DNA of 64,000 nt from contig NW_003314338.1 in NCBI RefSeq assembly GCF_000143415.4, forward strand, positions 506,202-570,201, given 5' to 3'. This document shows, piece by piece, positions 23,969-36,700 of the stretch. The stretch comes from Selaginella moellendorffii (lineage: Eukaryota; Plantae; Lycopodiophyta). The first letter of the stretch is position 1, and every line of letters starts with the position of its first letter. A program made the position numbers and the translations under genes. The notes beneath the pieces are model-generated. The model worked only from the letters and a program-made list of their open reading frames with translations, was not told the DNA's origin and searched no databases.

Positions 23969-25891
23969 ATGGTCCATGGGAGAACTCACATCTCCCCCCA
24001 CTTCCTTGCCAGCGTCTCCCAGCTCCTGAAAGACGATCTCGCCCAGCAGCTCAAGAAATGCACCGATCTCAACACTGGGAAGCTCCTCCATGCCCGGGTC
24101 CTCTCCTGCGGCCTCTCCCAGCATCGCATCCTCGCCCATCTCTTGATCCAAATGTACGCCCGCCTCGAAACCAATCTCGACTCCGCCACGCGCGTCTTCG
24201 ATCAGCTCCTGGTGAAGGACTGCGTCTCTTGCTCCGTGATCATGACCGCCCACATCCAGCACCGGCAATTGGATCAAGCCGCGGCGATCTTCCACGGTAG
24301 CCCCGGACGAGACGTGGTTTGCTGGAATGGGATGATCTCAGCGTTTGGGCAAAGCTCTCACGCCGCCACAGCGATCCAGTTCTTTCACAGGATGCCACAA
24401 TGGAACACCGTTTCATGGAACTCCCTCGTTGCAGCATATGCCCGAACTGGGCATCTTGTGGAATCTAAATCCACGTTCGATTCCTGCCAACATAGAGACA
24501 TCGTGACATGGATCAACATGCTAACTTCATACAGTACACATGGAAAGTTGGCGGAAGCACGTGCCGTGTTTGATTACATGCCGGAGTGGACGGTGATAGC
24601 GTGGAACTCAATCTTTACAGCGTATGCCCATGAAGGGTATCTTGTTGCAGCTAAAGGTGTCTTTGATGAGATGCCAGAAAAGAGCCTCGCATCGATCAAC
24701 GCGATGATAAATGCCTACGCTCAAAAGTCCCAGCTCCAGGAGGCGCGTGCCATGTTTGAGAAGCTTTCGGCGTGGGATATCCTCTCGTGGACGACGCTGC
24801 TCCAGGCATATGCCGAGAACGGGAATATCCCCGAGGCAGAGGAGATATACTCGAGAATGCCGGAGCAGGACGTGGTCTCCTGGACCGCAATGGTGGCGGT
24901 GTACGCTCAATCGGGGCAATTGGATCAAGCGAAATTTCTCTTTGATCGAATGCCACGAAGAAACGAGGTGTCGTGGTGTGCAATTCTCGCTGGTTTTGGT
25001 GGAAACCTCCACACTGCCGAGGCGAAGGGGTTCTTTGATCGGATGCCACTCCACTCCCCAGTGGCTTGCAACACCATGGTGTATAGCTTTGCGCAAAACG
25101 GCTGCCTCACTCAAGCAGTGGATCTGTTTGTGAATGTGAGTGATCACAATGTTGTGTCGTGGAATATGATCATCACAGCGTTTGCAAACAAGCGCGAGAT
25201 AGATCGAGCTAAGCACCTGTTTGATCGCATGCCCGGATGGAACTCGGCATCGTGGAGCACCCTCACAGCTGCATATGCCCAAACTGGCGATCTTGTTTCT
25301 GCGAGAAAGATCTTTGAGACAATGCCCGAGCATTGTGCTTTCTCGTGGAACACGATCATTGCCGGGTATGCCCAATCCGGGCAGCTTGTTAACGCAAAGT
25401 CTGCCTTCGATGCCATGCCCGAGAAGGATCTGATAACTTGGAACGCGATGTTGGATGGCTACTCGGAGAATGGTTGTGGGCAACAAGCCATGGATCATTT
25501 CAACTCACTCCAGCTCGAGGGAGTGATCCCAAACGAGATCTCGTTCCTGGCGGTTTTGATCGCGTGTAGTCACATTGGCGCGCTCCATCAAGCTTGGGAG
25601 AAGTTTGCGTCGATGACTTCAGACTATGGTTTACAACCCGTGAGAGAACACTACTCCTGCATTGTTGACAGCCTTGGGCGGTCGGGACGGCTGCTTGAAG
25701 CAGAGGAACTGATCAAGAATATGCCGTTTTCGCCGGACATAGCGATCTGGAACTGCTTGCTCAGTGCCTCGAAGCTATACCAAGATGTGGTTCGAGGAAG
25801 AGTGGCGGCCGAGAATCTTATAGACATTGATCCTGATGAGCCCGTAGCGTATGTTATGCTTTCAAAACTCTATGACTCTTTGTTCTTATAA
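23969..25891 (+). CDS. PLS-class PPR protein with a long tandem 31-aa (SS-like) array and E domain, no DYW
   Basis: Repeats of VSWNxxxxAYAxxGxLxxAxxxFDxMP, then PNEISFLAVLIACSHIG, EHYSCIVDSLGRSGRLLEAEELIKNMPFSPDIAIWNCLLSA, AYVMLSKLY. First ATG at 23969. Confidence 0.95.
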   Translation: MVHGRTHISPHFLASVSQLLKDDLAQQLKKCTDLNTGKLLHARVLSCGLSQHRILAHLLIQMYARLETNLDSATRVFDQLLVKDCVSCSVIMTAHIQHRQLDQAAAIFHGSPGRDVVCWNGMISAFGQSSHAATAIQFFHRMPQWNTVSWNSLVAAYARTGHLVESKSTFDSCQHRDIVTWINMLTSYSTHGKLAEARAVFDYMPEWTVIAWNSIFTAYAHEGYLVAAKGVFDEMPEKSLASINAMINAYAQKSQLQEARAMFEKLSAWDILSWTTLLQAYAENGNIPEAEEIYSRMPEQDVVSWTAMVAVYAQSGQLDQAKFLFDRMPRRNEVSWCAILAGFGGNLHTAEAKGFFDRMPLHSPVACNTMVYSFAQNGCLTQAVDLFVNVSDHNVVSWNMIITAFANKREIDRAKHLFDRMPGWNSASWSTLTAAYAQTGDLVSARKIFETMPEHCAFSWNTIIAGYAQSGQLVNAKSAFDAMPEKDLITWNAMLDGYSENGCGQQAMDHFNSLQLEGVIPNEISFLAVLIACSHIGALHQAWEKFASMTSDYGLQPVREHYSCIVDSLGRSGRLLEAEELIKNMPFSPDIAIWNCLLSASKLYQDVVRGRVAAENLIDIDPDEPVAYVMLSKLYDSLFL

Positions 25892-26519
25892 TGCTTGAAG
25901 CCCTGGCTTACGTAAATTACAAACTTGTGACAGGAATGTTGGGCTTGATGCTCGATCTTGGTGGCTCCAAGGACCACACTACAACCTTGAACTCCTCCTC
26001 GCCAGTGGCCAAGAGGAACACCCTCGACAAGCACCCCAATGTCTAGTAGGGGATCTCCTCCCACTGTTTGACGAAAGGGATTCCCAACGTAGAGCTTTCT
26101 AAGCTTTATGGAGCGAGCGAGCTTGAGGCGCCTGTCTTGGGAAACGGCGCACAGGCAGCTGCAGCATGGTAGCGCATCATCTTGATACAATTCTTCCCAG
26201 GGAAGAATCTAGGTTGGCGACGTCTACACCTTCACTCGCGGCCCATGCGGAATGGTGTCAACACAACAGTGTTGAGCGCTCTGAGATTTTTCTAGAGCAC
26301 CCTGTACTCGTACAAAACACGTTGGCTTGTATGAGTTTGATGTATCATGGACAGGGATCTGGGTCTCCATCTCAGTCCGTCTGCTTGGCGAGCTGGAGCG
26401 AAAAGCTCTACATGGTGTGGATGGATGGCGTATTAAAGGAGATTTTTGCAAAGACGGGTGTTGAGATTGCTGTGGTGCAACATGTTGGATCTCCACTTTT
26501 ATAGTCAGAAATTTATGTA

Positions 26520-26765
26520 AAAAGGAATATATAAAATAATTTAGTGTTATTCCTATTTATTAATCTAATTGATCAAATGGAAGTTTATAATTATAAACAT
26601 ATTTATAATTTATAAACACAAGATTAATATAGAATTAACTAGAATATACTAGGAAGTGTTTAGGAAAGTTTATAAATTATAAATACAAAATTAATTTAAA
26701 TGAATAGCAACTATTGAATATCCTAGCATATCGAAGCATATTTTAGGTATATTCACTACCACCTC
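26520..26765. repeat. Dispersed AT-rich repeat (probable non-autonomous DNA element); inverted copy at about 60980-61250
   Basis: aagcatattttaggtatattcactacca versus tggtagtgaatatacctagaatatgctt (reverse complement), and taatctaattgatcaaat versus atttgatcaattggatta. Confidence 0.75.
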
Positions 26766-27128
26766 ACTCTAAAAAAGATTAAATAGAGATCAAGCTAAAA
26801 TTAAAGCCTTGAATTATCTTTATTGTGCACTAAAACTGTAAGGCCAAAAATGAAAAACGTTAATTTATAAAAAGTAAAAGTTGGATTCCCGTCAATTGTC
26901 TCCTTTATAATGCCACATTTATATGAATTTTTTTTAATCCAGTTGTGTTAATTAGAGCGAAAGTAATCTAAACAAAATATTGCTAAACAGAAAATCCTGT
27001 AAAGCATCTGAGATATTCCGCTATCTATGGCAGCATAAACCCTAGAAAAAGGCGAAAGGGATCCACCAGGTAAGCATACGCTTGCGCGATCGATCAGTCG
27101 CCTCGCTTGCAGCAATGCGGTAGCAGCA

Positions 27129-29572
27129 ATGAAGAGATTGCAGTCGAGCAATGCGAGACGGACCCGCTTCTCGAGGTCCGCCTCCCTGCCTGGAGCAGCG
27201 TCGCCGCGTCTCAAATTCCATGGCTGGAAGACGAGCGTCGCGGTGATACTCGGCGGCACGCTGCTGCTCGTCTCGGTCTTCTATCTCCAGGCGCGGCTGG
27301 GCGGATTTGGGTCGGTACTTAGCGGATCGAGCAGCGTAGAGGATGGGAAGGATGATTTCTCGGTCCAAGCGCAGAGGCTCAAGACTATGGGAAGAAAAGC
27401 AGCGGTGGAGGAAAGTAGCGGCAAGAAGATGGAACTAACCGACTTGGAGCAAGAGAATGCCGAGTTTGAGAGCTTGGATAGAGCAGCCGAGGCCAAGATG
27501 GAGGAGCTGGAAGACGAGGATATGGAGCTAGACGATGCGGTGATCGAGGACGTGGATGTTTTGAGGCAGGATCAAGAGGCTCGGCGAGAGGAAGAGGAGG
27601 AAGATCTAGAGGGTGAAGAGGGCGATGAGGTAGAGGACGAGCAAGATCAGGATGTTCCAGTTTCTTTTCGAGGGGATGCGGATTCGAAGGGTGGTGATGG
27701 TGGTGGCGATGAGAAAGTTACGAGGAACAAGACTGAGAAGAGGTTGGAAAGGCTGGGCCAGATCAAGAGTTTGGAGCGGCATAGCCCGGAGGAGAGTGGG
27801 AAGAACGAGAACGAGACTGGGAGAGTTTTGTGGGACAGTGTTCTTGGTGTGATCAAGATGCCGGTGGACGCAAAGCCTGCCGTTTTTGGTGGACGGAAGC
27901 TTGGACTTGGGAAGGATTCCTTCCAAGCTGAAACTAAAGATGCTGGGAGGGAGAAGCTGGCCTTTAGCAGCGACGACGAGCCTTTGGATACGAACCAAGT
28001 TGTGGACTTTGAGGACGCTCTCTTTTCAAGGAGGGAGAAGCAGGCTAGCTCTAAGCTGCTAGGTGCGAGTGCCTCTCAGAAGCAACGCGTTCCGCCTAAG
28101 AACGTTTTCGACGCGAGGTTTGCGAAGAGGATCCTCCGGCCACCTTTCGATCCTACAGGGAGCGCACTTTTGCAAGACCCAGACACTCTGGAACCTTGGG
28201 GGCTCACCAAGAGCGACCGAGCAATGTCCCGGAGCTTTCGAAAATCCGCGATGGAGGAAGCTGCTACTAGCGACGCTAAAGAGAATGCGGAAGACAAAAG
28301 CGTCGAGGTGGAGGGGAAAGCAAAGGCCGGGAATGGCAGGAAAGAGCTGCTGGAAACGCACGAAAAGAGGAGAAAGCGAGCAAAAGGAGACACTCGGAGA
28401 TGGGGGTACTTTCCAGGTCTCGACTCGATGCTATCGTTCTCCGAGTTTATGGAGCGTTTCCTCGGGGAGAATGAATGCGAGCTCAACGTTTTCCAAGCGT
28501 GGAACTCGCCACCCTGGTCGTACACAGTGCGGCATCAGCGAGGACTCGAGAGCCTGCTTCACTTCCATCCGAAAGCTTGCGTCGTGGTCTTCTCGGAGAC
28601 CATGGAGCCTGGTTTTTTCGATAAGTTTGCGAAGAAAGGGTAAGGACTTTCTTAGATGTGCTGGTGACCCGAGTCGTTTTCTCTTTGGCAGGCTGAGAGT
28701 GGCTGTCGTACGTCCGAACCTCGAAGAACTCCTGGAAAATACACCAGCCGAGATGTTTGCATCCGTCTGGGTGGAGTGGAGAAGAGTCGAGCTTTTCTAC
28801 ATCCATTACAGCGAATTGCTGCGTCTGGCGGCTCTGTACAAGTAAGTTTCAATCTTTTCTCCGAGCACAAGATAGATCTTCTCTGTCTTACTTGTATCTG
28901 ATTTGTGCAGGTATGGAGGAGTGTATCTGGATTCCGATGTGGTTGTCCTCAAACCGTTAACTTCTTTGCAGAACGCGGTGGGGATGGAAGCTCTGGCCGA
29001 TGGCAAAACGAGGCTAAACGGCGCGGTGATGGCTTTTAAGAAAGCAAGGTACGCAAAAGCCATCACAGGCTTTTATTTCTCACGCCTTTCTTCTCCGTCC
29101 AGTGTGTTCCTCAAAGAATGCATGGAAGAGTACACTGCAACGTACGATGACAAGCTTCTCGACTACAATGGCGCCGACTTGCTCACTCGCGTCGCAAGTA
29201 GCGCGATCCCTGGCCAGAGTAACCGGACATGGCAAGAGAGCGAGCAAGAGTTACGCGTACTTCCATCGTCCTCGTTCTTTCCTTTAAGTTCCTCCAACAT
29301 CAAGAGGTAAAGAAAGAAACGATGCGAGACTTCTTCTTTGGTGGTTTAATCTTTTCTTGCTTTGCAGCTACTTCTACGGCAAGAGGAATAGCAGCGAGAG
29401 TTATGGAATGGAAGACGATCGGAAAGTGAAAGAAGAGGCTTTATTACTACTCGATGGCGCGTACACGCTCCACTTGTGGAACCCCGAGACAAAGTCGCTG
29501 GTTCCAGAGAGCTACAGCCTCGTGGGATTCGCGCTGGAGCAGCACTGCATCTGGTGCAGTGACGTGATCTAG
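27129..29572 (+). CDS. Alpha-1,4-glycosyltransferase (GT32, Gb3-synthase-like, DXD), type II membrane protein, 5 exons
   Basis: N-terminal TM VAVILGGTLLLVSVFYL, acidic stem, VFQAWNSPPWSYTVRHQRGLESLL, HYSELLRLAALYK/YGGVYLDSDVVVLK, LNGAVMAF, NGADLLTRV, LHLWN. Confidence 0.93.
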
Positions 29573-30123
29573 ACGATGGATGATCGATCGAGAGAAGCTC
29601 GATCGATCGTTCGCTTTGCTACGGCAAGTAAGTAACGTCTTAGGCGAGCTCTTCTTTCTCAAAGCGACGACGGGAAAAAGCTCGCCTAGGCAGTAAAAAA
29701 GAGTAACAAAAGTGTGAGAAGTGATGTATTGTAATCTAGCTATAGGCTAAAAGCGCTATAGAACAAAGCTAGCAGCGTTTTGTACATATCTATCTATAAA
29801 TCCAAGCACTATCAACAAAAGATCTCACTAGTCACGAAACTTTGATCCATCCACTCTTCTCTTTTGGAAGTTCTTTCATTCCAACGATTCCAGTATTGAC
29901 TAGCGCAACCTGGATGACATCACAAACCAACAGTGTGGATTAAAGAAAGAGTAGCAAATGAAGAACGTGGCCAGACCAGAATTACTTTTTTACCAGTGGA
30001 GCCCGGCTTCTTCGCCGTTTGCGGCCACCCTGGCGATGCCTGGCGATGTTTTTTTACTGTTGCCATTCCCTGTTTTTACAAGATCTAATGGAACTCTACA
30101 TACCGGTGTTTGATCTATGGAGC

Positions 30124-33100
30124 TCACGACACTTGCCAAAAGAAAGCCTCTTGCGAGTTAAACTTTGTCCACGCTGCCTGGAGAGGCACAAAGCAAATAG
30201 TTTTAAGCACAAAAGATAGTGCATTGTCAATATTATTTCCAAACCTTGAGTAAATCGAAGACCTTCTCCGCGATGAGCTTCTCCTGCGTTGTCCTTTGCT
30301 GGATCTTGTCCGGATGGACACACAACGTGGCCCTGCGGTACGCTTTCCTGATGGAAGCCTCGTTGCTTAGCTCGGACGATGCCACGGGCTGCCAGCCGCT
30401 CCCTGGCCACAGTACCTGGCACAAAGATATCACCGTCAAACGCAATCCTTGCAAGAAAGGCGGTGCTGTATGCTTCTGGGAAAACTCACATCGTGCAGGC
30501 TCGATAAAAGCGCTCGCAAGTTGCCTTCCTTACCAGCGACCCACGCACTTATTTGAGCGTCCACGGTAGAAGAAACTCGCTGAATGCAGACTTAACAGTG
30601 TGAGTTGAGATAAAAGCCTGATCGGAAGTTACCTGTCGCTCCTGTTGCTCTTGTTGAGCAGTCTGCTCACGTTGGTTTTTCTCCGCCAGGGCCTTCGCCT
30701 AATCAAATGACTTAATACTCTAGAGTTCCCATGCTGTCAATAAACTAGTAAATTTGTACGTACCGCGCGCTCCTCTAGTGCTTTGTCGGTTGATTCTCTT
30801 CTCTGCTTCTTATCTCTATCGAGATTCCCTGAATGGGCAAATGTCAGTGTCATGTCTTCTGAGAATGCTGGAAAAGCAATACCATTGGGTACAGGGTCGG
30901 TAATGCTTGGGGAGGTTTCTGTTTTATTGGGAGGCCTGCATTGTTCACCGCTAAAGAACACTTTCTTCGCATTGCGCTCAGCTTCATCCTGCACAAGTAA
31001 AATTCTTGTTAGAGAAGACAGAGAAAGAAAAACGCTCAACTCTTTACCGAGACTCGCTGCTTTGGAGCGCTTGTTGACCGTCCATTCTCCACACCCGTAG
31101 CAGCCACAGCTCTCTCGGCAGCTTTCTTCAAAGCTTTCTCTCTAAGTTCGTGCGCAGCCCTCTCGACAGCTCTCTTATCGATATCCCCCTCCTTTCCTGC
31201 TCCGCGATTGCCAAAGTCGTTCACCTTCCCTTCGCTTCGCTTCTCACTCTCAGTCGTTTCAGGAAAAACCTCTGCAGACTTTTTCTTCTGTTTGAGTTTC
31301 GCCTCTGCTCGTTCCACAGCTTCCTTCATAGCCATCGCCGACGAAGAAAGACCAGCGAAATCTTCAGCTTGTGCCAGAGGTGGAGACATGTGTACCGCTG
31401 CTTCCTTCAGATTGGAACCTTTGCCTAGAGGAAACTCGCAAGAGTTTCTACGCCACCGCTCATCTCTCTTAAACTTTGACAAACCGTTGAACTCCTGCGC
31501 CTGCTCCACCATCTCGGGAGGTGCTCGCTTTGGAGGAGGGACATCCGTTGGCTGTGTCACAAGCTTCAAATCCCCAATCGTGAACCACGATTTTGCTTTG
31601 GCCTTGTCCTCCTTCTTCCCGAAATCTGGAAACAACACTGCCTTGAGCCTCTCCGTAGCACTCTGCCTTTTCGACTTCCGAGGCGAAGAATTCCCAGCTC
31701 CTGTATCCGACTTGTTCTTGCTGCCATTCTCCCTAGGCAGCAACCCCTCTTCGGATTTTTCTTTTGCACGATCTGTCTCGTGCTTTCGTGATTGCTTCTC
31801 TGCTGCCTCCAAGCCCCCTGGCATCCTGTTCAGATGAGCCTTCATCTCTCCTGCTTCCGAGGTAGCACTGTTAGCCTTCTCACCTGACCCCAGCCTTGGA
31901 GAGCAGCTGGAAACACTTGGCAAGCAGGAAGGCATCACTGTTGGTGGTGGAGGCGACGCGACTTTCCCTATATCTGGATCTGCCAACAATGCCGAATTCT
32001 GAAAAGAGGAGCTACCTTTGTCTTGCGGAGAAGCTGAAACCTTCACGGCATACGGTGGCGCCTTGTTCTGTTGCGTTTGAGAGCCGCTGCTATCAACACG
32101 CTGATTTGGTCGGTCACAACTCCCTCCGGCACCTTTCACGTCTGTACCCGAATTCCGGAGGCGAGAGGTACCGTGAGGTCCGCCTGACGACGACGACGAG
32201 CTCTCCCGTCCAGCCTTTGGCGAAAACAAGGTTGGTGGTGGCGAGGTATCAGCGCTGGTTTTGTTGTTGCCGCCGCTACCACTGGCTTGGTGTTGAGATT
32301 GGTTTGTTTCGGCATCACACCTGTCGCTACGCAAACGCACAAACACTATTAAAGACGTCTGGTATATCCTACCTATAGAGTTTGAAACATCAGTGACGCA
32401 TGAAGTACGGCACACAGTGATCCTCGAAGAAAAATACTCGAGCTCCAAGAAGAAATCAAAGCAAGGACCCTCTAAACTATTTCGTAAAGAGCGAAAGGAT
32501 CTATAGCACCAAACACGAACGCACCAAATGGATAAAAAGCTCTCCAGGAAAAAATCAAATGAAGGAGCCTCTAAAGCATTTCGTGAAGAACGAAAGGATC
32601 TATAGCACCAAATGATAAAAAAGCTCTCCCTGTGCTAACGGGCAAAACACGATATAGGGATAAAAATTCCTGGAAAGAATTCGTCCAAGCAAGGAGAAGA
32701 AACAATGCACAAGAGCTCAAGAAATCCATGCCCCAAAAACGATCCAAGCCAGCCAAGACGAAAAAGATCTATATATCCATACCTCTTTGGTTCGCCAGTC
32801 ACTGTGTTGAGCCTCCGAGATCCCAGCGGCGAAGAGGAGCTCCGCTGATGCGTCGGGGCGGCGCTGCCACCGCTGGTGGTGGGAGAAGCAGAAGCATTGC
32901 CGCCGCCGCCGCTAGCCCCAGCCATGGTGAAAATATCGTCATCGCTGCTGCCAGTCTTGCTCTTGATCCCTGGAACGCCCCCAAATATGTCGTTGAAGCC
33001 ATACAGCTCCACATTCGATCGCCCGATGCATTCGAATGGCGGTGCCGATGGCTGGAACCCCGCATCGCTGCCCCCGATCTTCGCCGCCGCCTCGCCCCTG

Positions 33101-33327
33101 TCGGCACTGTCGGATCGCGCTCCCGCGGCGGCAGACAAATCCCCGGACGACGACGGCGAGTGATGCGCATTGATCCGACCTAGCGAGAACTCGTCGAAGA
33201 GCTTCTCCGCCACAAAGATCGGCGGCGACGCTGGCTGCTGCTTGTTCCGGGGCGATCCGCCAATCCCACAAACCCTAGAGGAGGCGGCGCCGCCGGGAGC
33301 CATTGGAGCTGTGTTTCTGGCGGCCAT
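30124..33327 (-). CDS. Auxilin-like / JAC1-type protein with C-terminal J domain, multi-exon
   Basis: VLWPGSGWQPV...IRKAYRRATLCVHPDKIQQR...LIAEKVFDLLK/AAWTKFNS, N-terminal FNDIFGG, and AMKEAVERAEAKLK. Confidence 0.9.
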
Positions 33328-33766
33328 AGCTCGCGGGAAGTAGCTGGCGGCGCCGCTAATCAAAAAAATTTCGATTGCCGCCGTTGGATCGCCCCGCCCA
33401 TCGGATCCTCATTTCGATTTTAGGGCTCCTCTTTTCCAAGGGTATATATATCAACCCTGCTGACTCAGCCCCCACGGTGACGTGTAGGAATCGACGGCAC
33501 CACACGAGCCTCTGACGTGGCTTCCCGGACTTAAATCAACCGCATTTCTGTTGCAAAAATCTAGCTGGCGGGCCACCCACCGTCGGATGGCCGAGGCATC
33601 CGACGGCGCCGTACAGTAATAGCCGTTTAAAGGCATATCCTCGCGCGATTCATTGTACGAACACGCTGGGAAGAACGCGTTGGAAAGTTTCAGAGCTTTT
33701 CATAGTTTTATTTATTTGCGAGGGTGGCCCTTTGTACATGGTGAGCGATTTTTCTTTTGTTTTGTT

Positions 33767-36700
33767 CTAATGGTAGACTTGTGGAGAGGCGTAGTACTCA
33801 CTCTCATTGAAAACTGGTCGCAAATCCTCATCGCACATAAAATTCAATGGGAAACAGACGAGATGTCCTCGAATCCCCTCAACCATGGTCGCATTACTAC
33901 TAAAAAATGGAGCTTCTCCTCCGGCGTGAGAGCTATCGTCGGCCACGCCCAAGTCGATACTTACATGGTGGCCATTCTTTTCTTTCTCTTTTCGCGACGA
34001 GATTATCTGCCGCAGTTGAGTCCTGGAATGTTTTCCGGTTAAGTTCTAGTTCTCACAAACAAAAACTCCGAAGACTTACCTTGTGTGTATGGAATCGTTC
34101 GGGATGCATCCAAAAATGGTGTCATACAATCCTGTGTTGAGCTGCAGTGACGAATTCGTCTTGATGAGAAAGACGAGACAAAGAAAAGTCTAGTTTTTTG
34201 TTTCGTGTTACCTCTGCTCTTGACGTCCAAACGTCCTTGTAAGTGGTCTCACAAATAGGATCTTTGATCACGTCTGCCTGGAAAGTTTCACATGTTAGCT
34301 TCACAGAGATGTGCTTTCACTTACTTCGGACGCTTGGAAACCGAGATGCTCGACCCAGAGTGATCTTCTCAGTCCGTGAGCGAACCTTCCGGCTTTGTAA
34401 GCAGTGTTGTTCATTAAGGACGTGACATATTCTTTGTCTTCGATCACGACCGCGATCTGGAAAGAGAATCGAGGATTAGCATCAAACAAAAAGCGAAACT
34501 TCTTTTGCTGCTTACTTCTGAATCTCTCGACCCAAGTAAACTCCTATCGTTGATATTTGCTGAGCCTATAAGCGTCACCCTATCGTCTACTATCAAAATT
34601 TTACTATGTACATATATCTGCGAGAATGGAAACAACATGAGCAACGGATGAGCAAAATTTCTTGAAAGTTTGCTAACCTGATTAGTTACAAGTGGCCCGT
34701 TTTCTTTCAGCTTGCCGTGTTGTCTCAGGCCGTAAAAACTAACAAAATCTCCCACTGCGTCCCCCATAGTGTCTCTTAGACGCTTCAACAACGACGAATT
34801 TCCACGGCATATGGTTCTATATTGCCAATGAATGATGGCTCTAACGGATGCTGCTCCTGTATCATCGACACCACCCTACAAAAGGAAAACATGTTTAAAT
34901 GTCGCCATTTAACGAGTTTGGAACCTTACCTGAAAACCAGGAAGCAGTGGCAACAGTATAATCACCCTGAAACACTGTTTTTCTTTGTACGCACGTAGTA
35001 TCCTTGTATAAAGTGATTCCAAAACACGATTTTGAATCACGGAATCGCCATCCAGTCCAGAGATAAAGAACTGGTTCTGAATGAAAGATGATACGTTAGG
35101 AGACATCATATGAAACAGTGTCGAAAAGTACCTCGATATAGATGAAGTGCTCGGCTTTGTCAATCAACGAGCAATATGCAGCTTCTATGCTCCGCTCTTC
35201 CACCTGGCTTGTTCCGGCAGACCACTGTCCAACACTTCGAACCACCTGACAGTTGCATTTAACTCGAGAACCGACTTCCTTCACATCCTCTTGAGGCGAA
35301 GGATTATCTTTCTCCCACCAATCTTCTGCACTACCATTCGCATCATACCACTTCACACCGTCTGGACCGTCACTGGCTACAAAGTTGAGCAATGGTAGAT
35401 CAACGCTGCTGTTGCTACTGTTAAACTTGCTGAATCTTGCCAGTAACTTCGAATGTTTGCTGTTGTCCGCCAGGAGGTCTTTCAGCTCCTCAGTCTGATC
35501 CGGTGCTTCTACGGCGGGTAGAAGCGTTGGTATATCATCGGTAGATGACCTTGGTTTCAAGGACGCTTTTCTAAGCTCTTCCTGCGCTTCCATGAGAGCC
35601 TCTTCTGCCTCCTTACCAGTAAGGTAATGAGGAATAACCATATGATGATGCGGCAGCAGTAGAGGTATGGCTTGTTCATTGGGTGCCTTGTTTCTCTGGG
35701 AACAAAACACTACAAAATTTCAGAAACAGATATTAACACTGGTCCCTTACCTTTGCATAATTCCAACGCTGGACAAAATGCCTTGCGACATCCCGACAAG
35801 CTGGACCCCATATTGCACACTGAATATCATGCCAAGGCATACGAGGTGTTTTTTGCCTGTTAATCTCGTCCTTTGTTGCATCTTCCCAGGAGTTTGGCTC
35901 TGATTCCCTGGAAAGCAAGGGGATTTTTCTAAGAAAAAAAAATCGCTGATAAAATCTAGAAAAGATACCTGGGATTGTAGTAGTCCTTCCCGGGCCAGAT
36001 AACAGCTTGATCATCCCTCAAAAGATGGTGAGGGTCATCATACCGTCCAAAACAGAGGTCCAAACCTCCTAAAAAACATATTCTTTGATCGACAATCACA
36101 ATTTTTTCGTGGTGCGACCTAAGAAGATGTTGGTATAGAAAAAATAAAAATAAGATCCTTACCACAAATAAACACCAGAAGAGAAGTGATCGGGATATCT
36201 TAAAACTTTAATGTTTTCGTGTATTCCAAGTAGCTTTCTTTTCGTGTACAGGCTGTTGATTTTCAAAGCCAAGGCAACTTCCTTGTACAGAAGAACATAA
36301 ATCTAGAAGAGAAAAAGGACGATCAAAAAGGTGAATACCAGCATAAGGACAACAAACCTGTACTCCTTCTCTTGCCTTCGCACCAAGCAAAGAATCCAAC
36401 CGAGAAGACTCGTGAAGAGTAAACGGACGTCTGAGATAAAGCTCAGGACAGAACCACCAATCAGCTATAAAAATCTATATAAGAGATAGTGAGAAAAAAA
36501 TGCCAAAATGAATTGTATGTTACCTCTGACTTCGCGGATGAAATCGTTGATGCAATAGCATCAAATGCCGACTTTCCATCTATGAAATATTGCGCCTTAC
36601 TACCATCGCTAGTAAGTCCCCTTGGAGGAGCAAAAGAGCCAAAGCGATGAGGATGGCACCATCCTTCAGGTGGTCTTAGCCCGGCATCGTTTATAGCAGC

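Noticed and set aside
25930-26504. Coding-like stretch after the PPR stop, considered as an E+/DYW continuation
   Set aside because: No PG-box/WIE, HSE or CxxC-DYW motif found in the frames read; ORFs are short and unrecognisable.
32480-32630. Short duplicated block gaaaggatctatagcaccaaa in the first intron of the auxilin-like gene
   Set aside because: Ordinary local intronic duplication with no evidence of function.
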